Assembly: GCF_009914755.1 (NCBI RefSeq) | Contig: NC_060925.1 | Strand: one strand, 5' to 3' | Source: the human T2T-CHM13v2.0 reference genome, Homo sapiens | Length of the DNA: 64,000 nucleotides | Shown: positions 1-22,754 of the stretch, piece by piece | How positions within the stretch are numbered: the first letter of the stretch is position 1 | Layout: each line of letters opens with the position of its first letter | Position numbers and translations under genes: made by a program | Notes under the pieces: generated by a model | What the model saw: the letters and a program-made list of their open reading frames with translations, nothing else | What the model was told of the DNA's origin: nothing | The model's database searches: none

Positions 1-232
1 AGGCAGGTGGATGGACATGAGCCCAGGAGTTCGAGACTAGTCTGGGCAACATGGGAGACCCTGTCGCTACAAAAAATACAAAATTAGCCAGGCATGGTGG
101 TGTGTACCTGCAGGCCTAGCTCCTTGGAAGGTGAGAGGATCACTTGATCCCAGGAGTTTGAAGCTGCAGTGAGCTATGGTGGTGCCACTGCACTCCAGCC
201 TGGGGGACAGAGTAAGACTCTGTCTCTCAAAA
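1..232 (+). mobile_element. Alu (AluJ-like), cut by window start
   Basis: Alu consensus motifs with a purine-rich tail. Confidence 0.93.
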
Positions 233-2966
233 AGGAGAGAGAGGGAGAATGAGGGAAGAAGAGATAGGAAGAGAGAGAAACAGTATACCTTTTATCTCTT
301 TGACAGGCATGTATTTCCTTGGAATGGGCAGGAATCCCTCAGAATCGGTGGCCACAGTGGGGCTTGGGACAGGACAGCAGAGCGGGGGGCAGCCGCTCCA
401 GGATAGGGTAATAAGACAGGACCTTGGTTGGAGTAGGGTCCCCAGAACTGAGTACTAATGGGGGCCCAGAGGCTTGGGAAGGAGAAGGCTTCCAAAACCA
501 GTTCGAAAACCCAGACCCGGAGTGGACCTCCGTGCCAAGGGGTGGTGGTGGGTGGGTGGAGGAAGAGGTGGGCTCCTGCTTCAAGGTTAGGTCTTCCAGT
601 GGAAGGTGGATGCTTTCTGTGAGTCCCCAGGGCCCTAGTTTCTCTGGCCCAGATACTGGAGGACAGAGGACCACCTACTTAGATCCCGTAGATGGTAAGT
701 GGTGCCTGGGACTCTTGAGGGCGGGGGGCGGGGTATGAGAAGCATCAGTTCGCACTTGGTGCTGGGTCCTGGGCCCTGATAAGAACCTGGATGAAATCCT
801 CTTCCATTCTCCCAACATCTGGCTGCATCCATGTGTCTGGTGTCAATGACTCCAGTGAACTGGAACTGCCCATATGGGGACCTGACCTTGAAGGAACTGG
901 GGGGAGAAGCTTTTGTAACTGCAATGCCGGCATCAGTGTGTGTCCCCCTCTGCCTTTCCCCCCAGGCTCCCCAGGTCCCCCACCTGCTCCAGCCCAGCTG
1001 TCCCCTTCACGCTGCCGAGAGTGATATCCACCTGGAGTTGGGTGTAGAAGTTTTTCTTTTCATTGGTTCGGCATTTTATTCAGGCACTCCTGGATCTTTG
1101 CTTCCCAGAATATCAGTGTCTGTCCTTGTTCTCTGTACCTCCCCCGTGCCTCATCTCCTCTCCCTCCGCTGCTGTCCCCTCCCTCACCAACACTGCCTCA
1201 GTAATGCACCCCTGACTCCCTATTGAAGCAGTGTGCTGACATCCTTGTAAAAACAAATTTAATTTTCTTCCTTTTTTGGGACAGATGGAAAGAAATTGAC
1301 GTCTTTGTCTCAAACAAAAGAAAAAAGAAAAAGAAACAATATACTTCTTTTCCCTTTGACAGCCATGTCTTTGGAACAAAAGCTGGGAGGCTGTCACTCC
1401 AGCAGGGACTGAATAGCATGCAGGGGGCTGGGGACTTAGGCACCAAGAGGGGCTTTGGGCACATTAGGGGGAAGGGATGCTCTCAGAGGGCAAAGCACAG
1501 CCCCCTTCTCAGGGTGAGGCTCCCAGCAGCCCCAGACCCGGGGATGTGCCTCCTTTGGGAAATGGCTACCCCGGGTCCTGGAAAGATGTGGGGCCATGCC
1601 CAGCACTCACATCCAGCCTGCCAAGCCATTGTGACCTGGGGTCCCAAGCCACCTAGATCACTCTCACTACCTTGTGACCACAGAGACCCCTGTGTCTGAG
1701 GGTGGGAGGTCGTCAGCATGGCAGGAGACACTTCTCCTCATCAGGGGTCCTCCTGTGAATGCTTTGGGGGTATGGCAGAAAAAGGGACAATCTAGGAACT
1801 GGGGAAGACTCCTGAAGGAGGTGACATTGGAGCCAGGCTGTTTACTCTCCCTGCAGGACCTGTGTCCCCTCCCAGGATAGGCCTGTTTCAAGGCTGCTTG
1901 AAGCCCACTCACTGCCATCTCCTGTGTCTGTAACAGATCTGGCTGTTTTTTGCCCCTTCTGATATGTAAATCTGTCCTGAGGTCAGCAGGGCCCGGGTCC
2001 GGACCACGTGTGTTTAAGGTAGTGCAAACTTGTATTGAAATCTACTTCATGCCAAGCATGCACTCTGGGCATCAGGACTCGGAATGAGTCAGCCTTGGCC
2101 CTGCCCTCAGAAAGCCTGAGCCAGTGTTGGGAGATAAAGCATCAACAGATGATTGCACCTCAGTGTGATGAGTGTGGTGACAGGGAGCCCCAGGGAGGGT
2201 GTCACAGGGAAGTGCCTTTTCTAGCTTTTCACTAAAACACATGTTTGTCGCAGTTCTGTAAGAGGTGGAAAAGGGTCGGGGACCCTGAAGGATGAATAGG
2301 AGTTGGCCACCAAAAAGAGGAAATAGCGTGTGCGGAGGCATGGGGATGTTTAAATGCTTGGCAAACCCAACAAGTTGGGTGCAGCTGGAGCATGGGGCTT
2401 AACTAAGCTCTTCTGTGTGCCAGGCTCTCTGCCAGGTGTCTTGTGTGCATCAGCCCACCTGATCCTCAGGACAGCCTGGTGAGGAAGTAGTGTTATCCCC
2501 ATTGAGGACAAAGAGAGCTGAGGCTGAGAGAGGTCAGGCTACTTGCTCCTAAGTCACAGGGCCTGTTCGTAGTGGCAGAACTTGGGTCCCTGGAATTCCA
2601 GGGTCCATGTTTCCAGTTAATTCCAGGCATCAGTGAAGTAGAAAGGCCTTAGAAGCTGGAACCCCAGAATGAGGTTTTGAAGACCTAAAACCAAATGGAA
2701 AAATCTAAAGGAAACGAGCAATTTTCCATGAACTTTTGTTCCTCCTGAAGCTCTCCAAATCTTCACGTTTCAGAATGTACTGTGCATGGTGCATTTTAAA
2801 GCTCTAAATTGACAGTGTAATTCTAGATCGTCACAGGGTTCTCAACTGCAGAGTAGGTCTGTTTCCCCCAAAATTTCCATTTATCTCCCTCCAGGAGGAG
2901 GGAGGGAAGTTTTTGCCCCTGATTTCAAAATGTCCTACTGTTTCAGATCTCTTCTTCTTCATCATC

Positions 2967-3603
<637 letters not shown>

Positions 3604-4522
3604 TCTCATACCTCGTCTTGATGCAGTAGAAGTAGTGGTTAAGCCTGGAATCAGATCTTGGTTTTCCCTCTCTGAGCCTCAGTTTCCTCATCTGTAGAGT
3701 AGACTTCCTTCACGGGTGGTTGTGAGGATTTAATGTATGTATAGGGATAAGGCCCAGAACGTAAGTAAACTCTAAGTACATGGTAAGTGGCAGTCACTGC
3801 TTACAAGTGGAGCCAGGGTTCAGGGTCAGAGCTAGAGACCTACAGGGAAGAGTAGGTGAGCTGTCGGGGCTAGTGATGGAGAGAGAGAAGAGACTGGAGA
3901 TCCAGCTTGGGGATCCCCTTGCTTCCTGGCCCAGGAGCCACCATGGAGAGTGAGAAGCTGCCAGAGAAGCAGGAGGAGGATGGAGAGAATGTGCTACCAT
4001 GGAAACTGGAGGAGGAGGGCGTTCCCAGGAGGAGGGAGTGATGGATAATGTCAAGTGTCATAAGAGAGGATGCGAGTAGGGAGGGCATGAGGGTGATGGG
4101 AGCTCTCCAATTTAGTTTTTTACATGGCCCAGGCAGCCCCCAAGCCTGGATCAAATCCCAGCTCTCAAGCTAACTGGCTGTGTGACCTAGACAAGGGATT
4201 TGCCTTCTCTGAGCTTCAGTTTCCTTCTAGAGTTGAGATGTGGGAATTGGTCCATCTCTAATACGATCGTCAGCCTCACTTAATAAGAGTCCTAGCTTTG
4301 CCGAATTCTTGGCCACGTGCTAGCAGTGTGATCTTAGGCAAGTCACTTCACCTCCACGAGAGCGCTCTCTGAAAGCTAGAGATATGGTAAGCAAAGTGCC
4401 ACCAAAGTGCCTGGCACATAGTGGGGCCTCGATACAGGCTTATTCTCTGATAATTACACGTGTGCCAGAGGCAGCTGCTCTAAGGAGGCTTGCTGGGCTT
4501 GGAATTAGAAATGCTCCTCAAG

Positions 4523-4821
4523 GGCTGGGTGCAGTGGCTCACGCCTGTAATCCTAGCACTTTGGGAGGCCAAGGCGGGTGGATCATGAGGTCAGGAGTTC
4601 AACACCAGCCTGACCAACATGGTGAAACCCTGTCTGTACTAAAAACACAAAAATTAGCCAGGCGTGGTGGCGTGCACCTGTAATCCCAGCTACTCAGGAG
4701 GCTGAGGCGGGAGAATCGCCTGAACCCAGGAAGCAGAGGTTACAGTGAGCCAAGATCTTGCCACTGTACTCCAGCCTGGGCGACAGAGCGAGACTCTGTC
4801 TGAAAAAAAAAAAAATTAAAA
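4523..4821 (+). mobile_element. Alu (AluS-like)
   Basis: Full dimer; TSD agaaatgctcctcaag on both sides. Confidence 0.95.
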
Positions 4822-6168
4822 AGAAATGCTCCTCAAGTTGGAGAGGGCCCACTAGCATCCTGAGAGGACTTGGAAGAACAACAGTCCAGGCTGGGCACCT
4901 GCTGGGTCTCTGTCCAAAGGCCAGCCCTCTCTTTGTGTCAGCCGCAGATCCCTCACCTAGGGCATGACTACTGGCTGCCAGCTCCCACTAACACCTGCTG
5001 CAGATCCAGACTGAAGCCGGCCCCAGCGGCCCCAAAGCCCCTAGGAAGTGACCACCCCCCATCCCTGGCACCCAGATCCTGGCCCCTGCACTCACACACA
5101 AAACACATACAGATGCCTCTCTTTCATCATGTATTTATTCCTTTATTTCTGGGAGCCGGGAGGAGTGACGGGAGCAAATCAGGACCTGGCCGCCCCACGC
5201 TGAGCTGGCAGATATTGAGAGTTGGGTGACAGATGGCTGTGTGGTTCAGGCTGCAGGCAGCTTGGGAATTCAAAATGGGGCTTAGAGAGGAGCTGGAGGG
5301 GGCCCTCGAGGTGGACGTAGTGATGCAGTAGGGCATGGCACTGCGAGGTTGCCCGGGTTCTAGTCCCAGCACCATCACCGGGGATGAGCTGTTTCAGAGT
5401 GTGGCACTCTGTCACACTCCATTTCATTGAGAGGCCACTGAGACATTATCAATGGGTAATGTACAGCACTTCCATGGCATAACTCATTTAATCTTCACAG
5501 CATGATGATGAGGTAGGCATAGTATCATTACCTCCATTTTACAGATGGGGAAACTGAGGCTCAGAGAAGGGAATGACTTGCCCAAGACCACATGGCTTCT
5601 CAGTGATTGGCCCAGCTAGGATCCCACCTTTGGTCCTTCAAGTCCACTTCCTCTGCTTTCCTCTTCCTGCACCCTGAGAGGAAATGCTCTGAGTATACCG
5701 AGGGTCCTCAGGAGACTCTCACATCCAGCTCACAGTCACAGGCTGAGCATTCCCTGTGCTGGGTTCTGTACCTCATCATGTTGGCAGCAGAGGCACGTGC
5801 CAGCTGCTCAAAAAACTGCTGTAACCTTGGTAGATCCCTCTCCCCATCCATTTCTTCCTTGCCTTGGAAGTCCTGCTTGTTTGATAATTTTCTGACTGAC
5901 TGCCATGTTGTTGCCGTGTGACCTTGGGCATGTCATTTCACTCTGAGCCATTTCTCAGTCATGGATGACAGCACTTAGCTGATGAGAAGTTGAGAAGATT
6001 CAGAAAGAGGCTATGAGTGAAGGACCTTGTCTGTTTTGGTCATGAAAGTGTTCCCAGGAAATGCAAATGGACACACAGTAGTTATCTACTGAGCTAATGA
6101 ACAATGTCCCTGGTGCATAGTAAGTGCCCAATAAAATGCAGCTTTTTTCATATTATCTAATGTTTTAG

Positions 6169-6787
<619 letters not shown>

Positions 6788-7198
6788 TAACGGGGCTCAT
6801 CTAGAATCTCCTCTCGGAATGAGGAGACCGCAAATGTGGTTTTGAATCTTCATTGTCCACTTCATTGCTGTGGTGTTGGGCAGGTCTCTGTCCCTCTCTG
6901 GGCCTCTGCACGATGGAGGGGTAGGAGTTGATGGTTCTGAAGGCTCTGCCATCCTGGAAAAGAACTGAGACACTTCCCTCATGTTCCTGGGTCCCAGAAA
7001 CAGACATCTGTTGGTAAAATCTACTGGGCATTTGCCCAGAGACAGGGAAAAGAATGCCTGGGGGTCTGTAATAGGAGCTGCCCCAATTAGGGGCAGGGAG
7101 GCGGGCATGTAAAAAAGGAAGCTTAAAGCTTTGTTTTCAGGCTTTTTGCCTACCCCAGGCTCCATCTTCGTACCAAGGACTCAACCTTCTGTTTTCTC

Positions 7199-7250
7199 AA
7201 TAAAGTGAGCCCTCTTCTCGGTGTCTGCATCTCTGGCTGTTTTGTTTGCT
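7199..7250 (+). terminator. OPRD1: Polyadenylation signal
   Basis: AATAAA at 7199-7204, CA at 7228-7229, downstream GU/U-rich element (ctgttttgtttgct), upstream TGTA motifs; lies in unique sequence. Confidence 0.65.
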
Positions 7251-7380
7251 TACCTCTGCCAGGTTCCCTTGTAAGGGGCCCCCAGTCTGGGGGATCACAT
7301 AAGCCTATGGGGAAGTCTGGCTCTGCCCTGAGGATGTGTCTCAGAGGGAGAGGCAATGTTGTCCTTAAGAACCCTAGTTT

Positions 7381-12555
<5,175 letters not shown>

Positions 12556-13287
12556 AATTTTTTTTTTTGAGACAAGGTCTCTTCTGTCTTCCAGGCTGGA
12601 TTGCAGTGGCGCGATCTCGGCTCACTGTGCCATCTGCTTCCCAGGCTCAGGTGATCCTCCCCACCTCAGCTTCCCGAGTAGCTGGAACTAAAAGTGAGTG
12701 CCACCATCCCCGGCTAATTTTTGTATTTTTGGGTAGAGACAGAGTTTTGCCATGTTGCCCAGGCTGGTCTCCAACTCCTGGGCTCAAGTGTTCCGCCTGC
12801 CTCCGCCTGCCAAAATGGTGGGAATTACAGGTGCGAGCCACCGCGCCCGACACAACATTTTAAAAAGTAATTATTTATATGTTTGAGTTGAAAAGAACCC
12901 GCACACACACACACACACACACACATACATTTGGGTGTATTTCCTTACCCAGAAGAATGTTCAACGGGTCCATAGCTGATTCCAGAGCCTTTTTAAATGG
13001 AATACGAACTTCGTACTTAACTGCAGGATCCTAAATCTTCATTGGATGCTCCAAGACCCAAAATTTAAGAGCTGCTGCTTTGGGGAGTGGGGGCGGCGGG
13101 GAGCTGTTCACACACACCTCACAGCCACATACAAATAGGCCTCCATCTGTACACCTGTGACCCATACACCTGACCCATACACATGCACATCCGTACACCT
13201 GTGTTCATACACGTGCACACAGTCAAACAGCTTGGCTTGGGAGAAATTTAGGCAAGGCTGCCCGAGACCGGGCTCATTTCACGGACG

Positions 13288-13316
13288 CTGCTGCCACCTA
13301 CCGGCTATATCTTGCA
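13288..13316 (-). promoter_or_regulatory. CTCF binding site
   Basis: Minus strand reads tgcaagatatagCCGGTAGGTGGCAGcag: CTCF core plus an upstream TGCA module. Confidence 0.7.
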
Positions 13317-13498
13317 TTAGCACCCTTGCTTAGTTCCTGCTCTATTCCATTCTGTCCTCCATTGCTCATCCCTGGAAGCTGTGCATTGGAATTGGTTCCT
13401 GAAAGAGGGACACGAACAAGGGAGGTGAGTGGGGTGGGGAATTATCATTGACTAACTGTCCGTTATATGTCAGGTACTGCTGTCCCTTACAGCTGTTA

Positions 13499-14219
<721 letters not shown>

Positions 14220-15181
14220 TCAAAAAAAAAAAAAAAAAAAAAAAAAGAGGAAATGGGCTGGGCTGGGTGTTGTGGCTCACACCTGTAATCCCAACACTGG
14301 AAGGTTGAGGTCTGACAATCACTTGAGCCCAGGAGCTGAGACCAGTCTGGTCAACATAGTGAGACTCCGTCTCTACAGAAAATTTAAAAGTTGGCCAGGT
14401 ATGGTGGCACAGGCCTGTAGTTCCAGCTACTTAGGGGACTGGGGTGGGAGGATCACTTGATCCTGGGAGACTGCGGCTGCAGTGAGCCATGATCTCACCA
14501 CTGGACTCCAGCCAGAGTCAGACCCTGTCTCAAAAACAAACAAACAAAAAATTGGGAGATGGGAGCTCAGAGAGGGGAAGTGACTGGCCCAAAGTCTCAC
14601 AATGCCTTCTTCTGATAGTCAGGAAAGTGCTCTGAAGAGAAGGAGAAGGAAGAAGCAGTGAAGCTGGGAATTTTTACTAAGACGTGCAGGAAGCCCAGCC
14701 CAGATTTGGTTCACACACACCTCACAGACACATACAAATAGGCCCACACCTATACACCTGTGACCCAGAGGCCATGCATGCGCACGCTTAGCTGTGTACC
14801 CAAACATCACCCACCCCTACACCCTCCACAGCCTGGATACATTCTGTCCTCTCTCACAGACTCATTCTTGGCATCTGTTAACATACACATGCACACATAC
14901 ATTCATATTACAGGCACGCACATGCATGCACCTCTTTGTATCCACACCTCCCACTGGGGCACACGTTCAATACCTGTGTGAATCAGGGGATCAGGATGAG
15001 GTCAACCTGGAGGGATAATTTCCCCACCACTGGGAAGTTTCTCCTACCCTGAGCTGCTGCTTTAAATTAATTCATTCAACTAGTATTTTATTGTTCACAA
15101 TGTGGTGGGCTCTGTACTCAGACTAAGGATAAGCAGTGAACAAAGACAAAAGTCCAGTCCCAGGCTGGGCACGGTGGCTCA

Positions 15182-15537
<356 letters not shown>

Positions 15538-16156
15538 CTACAGGCTTTTGGGACCTGTTTGAGTTTCTTGTCGCCATCCCAACTCTGCTGAGTGGATGAG
15601 CAGGGGGAGGTGGGTCGTGGTGGGGAGGGATGGTTCTGTCCCAACTCTTCAGTATTGAGGTTGAGCAAAGAGAACCTCAAACTTGGAGTCAGTTGGACCT
15701 GGGTCTGAATCCAGCCTTAGCCACTCCCTTGTTCTGTGACCTTGGTCCAGTTTCTTACCCTTGCCGGTCTGCTGTTTTCTCACTGGTTAAAGCAAAGAGC
15801 TTGAACTAGGGCAGTGTTTCCAACTCGTAGTTCCTTAGAGAAGCTGGAAGAAGCCACATGGAGGGTGTAGGGGGAGACAGAGGGGAGGCCAACCCCACCT
15901 TACCCACCCACATCCACTGCTTCACTCAGAACAGCCCTGCTTCCCTCTGTTTCATACATTGGGCTTCTATGATTAAGAGTCTGAGGCTGGGCACAGTGGC
16001 TCATGCCAGTGATCCCAACACTTTGGGAGACTGAGGCATGAGGAGCGCTTAAGCCCAGGAGTTCGAGACCAGTCTGAGCAACATGGCGAAACCCTGTCTC
16101 TACAAAATACAAAAAAAATTGGCCAGGCATGGTGGTGCATGCCTGTAGTCCAGCTA

Positions 16157-16318
<162 letters not shown>

Positions 16319-16509
16319 CTAGTTGATATCTAAGTTCTTCTTGGCCCTAAACATTTTAAGACTCCTTCCATGTCTTATTTGACCACCAGACTGTGAATTA
16401 GAAAAGGGCTGGTCGGCAGGGCGTGGTGGCTCAAGCCTGTAATCCCAGCACTTTGGGAGGCCGAGGCGGGCGGATCACGAGGTCAGGAGATCGAGACCAT
16501 CCTGGCTAA

Positions 16510-16724
<215 letters not shown>

Positions 16725-16769
16725 TAACCATGTTGGTCAAGCTGCCCTCGAACTCCTGACCTCAAGTGA

Positions 16770-17027
<258 letters not shown>

Positions 17028-17651
17028 TGAGATGGGGTTTCACCATGTTGGTCAGGCTGGTCTTGAACTCCTGACCTCAGGTGATCCACCTGCCTCGGCC
17101 TCCCAAAGTGCTGAGATTACAGGCATGAGCCACCGTGCCCGGCCTGTATTCTTAACTTCGCATTCTTTATCTAGGAAGACCCCCCACCTCAGACAAGCTT
17201 CAGGCCCCACAATCCTGGATCTGCCCGTTGGGTCTTCGGTTTTCCCAACTGCAAAGAGAGAATAAAGGCTGTGAAAGGACTTCATAGGATGTAAGATAAT
17301 CTCTTTTATTTTTAAAATTTGTATTTATTTTTGAGACAGGGTCCTGCTCTGTTGCCCAGGCTGGAGTGCAGTGGCACAATCACAGCTTACTATAGCCTAG
17401 ACCTCATGGGCTCAAGCGATCCTCCCATTTTAGCTTCCTGAGTAGTTGGGACTATAGGCGCATGCCACCACATCTGGCTAATTTTTCGTATTTTTTTTGT
17501 AGAGATGGGGTTTCGTCACGTTGCCCAGGGTGGTTGTGAACTCTTGGGCTGAAGCAATCACCCTGCCTTGGTCTCCTAAATTGTTGTGATTACAGGTATA
17601 AGTCAGTGCTCCTCGCCTATTTTTTAAATTAAATTTTATTTATTAATTTTT

Positions 17652-17760
17652 AAAAGACTAGTCAAGTGCAGTAGTGAGGAGGGAAAGAATAGAACAAAGA
17701 GTTTGATCTGTAACTGATGGTGAATAATCAATTGAGATAATTCACTACTTTCAGGCCAGC
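17652..17760 (-). pseudogene. Y1 RNA (RNY1) processed pseudogene
   Basis: Reverse complement gctggcctgaaagtagtgaattatctcaattgatt...cagttacagatc...ctcactactgcacttgactagtctttt matches hY1 end to end, followed by an A-rich tail. Confidence 0.92.
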
Positions 17761-18732
17761 ATATTTTCATCTTCTTTTAGAGACAGGGTCTCACCGTGTT
17801 GCCAGGCTGGTTTCAAGTGATCCTCCTGCCTCGCTTCCCAAAGTGCTGGGCTAACAGGTGTGAGCCACCTCGCCTGGCCACTGATGATCTCTCTTATTCC
17901 TTTCAAAGTCCCCAGAGAAGAAAAAATGAAGAGGAAACATAAGGGACTTAGGGTTTCACAGCAAGTTGTGGCAAGCTGTGAGGTTGCAATCCAGGATAGC
18001 CCACTTGAAAGCTCCCCTTTCATATCACCTCCTGCCTTGAGTGCACACCTGTGCACGCAAAGTCACCCGCCTTTCCCAGGAACTCAGCCTCTGGCAGCCT
18101 GGAAGGCTCAGCTTTGCACTTCCGCCCCAACTGCTCCATGACCTCGAGGGGGCAGCAGACACCGTCTTTCCCTCACCCTGGCAACTGCTCATTCCAGTTT
18201 TCAGAGTCCCACATAGCCAGAATCTCAGCTCTCCCCAAACACCTCCATCAGCTCTCTCCTGCCCCTCCCTGCAAACAGCGAGTATCGCCTTCAGGTCCTG
18301 GCCTTGTCATGTTCTGGCTGTGTGATAGTGAGCAGATCACCTCACCGCCCTCTGCCTCATTGAACTCATACATAAAATAGGGCTATCTTGTGAAAACAGG
18401 TCAGTGAAGCGCCCGGCACGTATATAATACACCAACAATCATTGACAGCCATTGATGTTTCAACAAGGCCTTCCGGAGATGTCACCTCCCCTGGGAAGGG
18501 GTTCTCCTGATAGGATTGGCCCCTGCCCCACGCTGTGGCAAAGCCGAGGAACTCCTAGGCAGTGGGGCCTTTCAGGGCTCTTCAGTGTTCATTTGTTGGC
18601 ATCCTCTGTGCCCATACATGGGCCCCTCCCTGGGCTGCAGTGTCTGACTTGGCTTTTTCTCCATCCCTACCAACCCCGATCTCTCCCTTGGAAGGGCTCT
18701 GCAACTTCATCCCCACCTCAATGTCTTCCTGA

Positions 18733-18894
<162 letters not shown>

Positions 18895-19816
18895 TGAGTA
18901 GCTGGGATTACAGGCGCCCACCACCATGTCTGGCTAATTTTTTTCTATTTTCAGTAGAGACAGGGTATCACCATGGTTGGCCAGGCTGATCTCGAACTCC
19001 TGACCTCATGTGATCCGCCTGCCTCAGCCTCCCAAAGTGCTGGGATTATAGGCGTAAGCCACTGTGCCTGGCCCCAAATTTCAAATGCATTCTCCTGGAG
19101 AAGGGTTGCTGACCCACTGCCTACCGATTTTCACTGTCCCCTTACCCACCCCTAAATGACTGCCACACCCTAGTCCCCTCTATCTCAAAGACTCACTGAC
19201 CATCCCCAAATGTCTCTTCCCCTGTGTCTTAACCCAGCATTTGAAGCCTTCCACAATTTGGTCTCATGATTCACCCTGTCCTTCAACTATCCCAGACCAT
19301 TTTCTGTTCCCAGAGTACACCTTCACTATCCTACCTCTAAGCCTTTGTGCAGGCTGTTCCTCCACCTGGAATGCCCTCTCTCATTTCCATGTAGTAAATT
19401 AGTCCTTAATGTCCAGCTGGGAGGTCACCTCCTCCAGGCAGTCTTCCTTACTCCCTCAGATGGAGTCATTTTCCCCTCTGGGCTCTGGGCATACAATTGC
19501 TTTAGGGTCTTCCTCATAGGAAGCCGTGAGTAACAGCAGGAACATCCATTATCCACACTTTGCAAATGCCTTTCCCTTCTAGTATCATGGTCCTGGGAAA
19601 AGCAGCAGGGTGAGAGCCATTAACTCCTTTGACTGATGAGGAGACAGGCTAGGAGGAAGTCATAAGCCCCGTAAATGGTGGAGACAGGATTCAAACCCGA
19701 AACGGCCACACCGGCTGCCTTGGGCCTGAAAGTCCTCTCCCTCTCTACCATTTCTTGTGGCCTGGTCTTGTGACTCTCTGCCCCTTTGTCAGTCTCAACT
19801 TTTAATAATTCGCTCA

Positions 19817-21270
<1,454 letters not shown>

Positions 21271-22754
21271 AATTAAAAAATACTACTAGATTAATTACTA
21301 TTTGCAAATATATTTTCACATACTCTCATTTAACCATCACAACAGCTCTATATAAAGTTAGCACTATTATTAATCTCATTTTACCCCAGGGTGGGGGGCG
21401 GGTGCCTTGCCCCAAAGCCCAAAACCCAGACTCACCTGCCTCCAAATCCCTACCTCGTAACCCCTGGGCAATACTGTCTGGTGGGCAGGTGTGATATAGG
21501 CAAGTGAAAGGTACATCAATGTGCTTGGGAGCCTGGTTGTCTATGTGTGTGTGTGCGCACATGTGTGTGCTCGCGCACCAGGCTTCCCCAGGGGATTCAC
21601 AGGGATAGAGACTGAAAGGGTCTCAAGTGTCCTGATTTCTGGTCGAAGGATCCAACACTTCTCTAGTCCCTTGGAGCCCACCTCCCTCCATCAGAAAACA
21701 TCTCCCCAGTCAAAGGGCTCAGTCTGACCCTCCTCTGCTAGACTATGGGCTCCTTGAAGGCAGGAACCAGGGCCCTGAAGCCTCAAACAGGACCTGATTC
21801 AGAGAAGTCCTCAGTGAATTTGGAGGGGGGGAGAGTCAGTCAATGTATGACTTTTAATTCAGTTATGTATCAATATAACAATAACATCAATAATTATAAT
21901 AAATGCTAATGCTTATTGCATGCTTACCCTGGGACTGGCACTGTTCTTAGCACTTGACATGGATTCTTTCATTCAATTCTTGCCACAACCCTTGAGGAAA
22001 ATACTTTCATTAACCCCACTTTGCAGAGGAGGAAACTGGCTTGGAGAGAGTTAGTAGCTCACCCAAAGTAACTCAATTAGGAAGTGGCAGCGTTGGGGAT
22101 TGGAACACAGGAAGTCTAGTTACCCCATTTAGTAGGAAGATCACTACATTCAGAGGAAGGCTTTGTCCTCAGCGAGCCTCAGTTTGCCATATTTGTCCAA
22201 AGAAAGGGTTAGTTTTCCACGGTGCTCTGGCCTGGAATATTCTATGATCCTATGATTCTGTGACGAAGAGCTTTTGAAGTGTCAGGGTTAGTTTTAAAAT
22301 GAAAGAGGCCATTCTGCCGGGTGGTGAGCTTCCTGACATGGGCATATGTAAGCCAGCTCAGGCCTGAAATGGGAGGGAGGGGATGAGACTTCGGCCAGTG
22401 ACCATGGAAGCGTTGATGGAGTGGACCATCAGGAGGGGAAAAGTCACTGAGAAGAGTGGCAAGGCGGGCACGACAGGATCCAGAACTCGCTTTTACGGAA
22501 CGCCTACTGTGTACCAGACCTATGCTTGACATTTAACTTACATCGCTAATTCTCAGGAAAACATTGTAAGATTTATGGTTGACGAAATTCAGATCCAGAG
22601 AAGTGACTTGTTCAGGGTCACGCCGGACGAAGTGGTAGGACAGGCGATCCAGGTGAGTCTCCTCAGGGTCACTTCCCTAGATCCCCTCTGACCAACCCCT
22701 CTACCTAGTACCTTTAGGAGCAGTACCAAGTGTCAAATTGCTTCACACTTTTGT

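Noticed and set aside
6130-6135. AATAAA
   Set aside because: Within a MIR/L2-like end with poor downstream element; the 7199 site is better formed.
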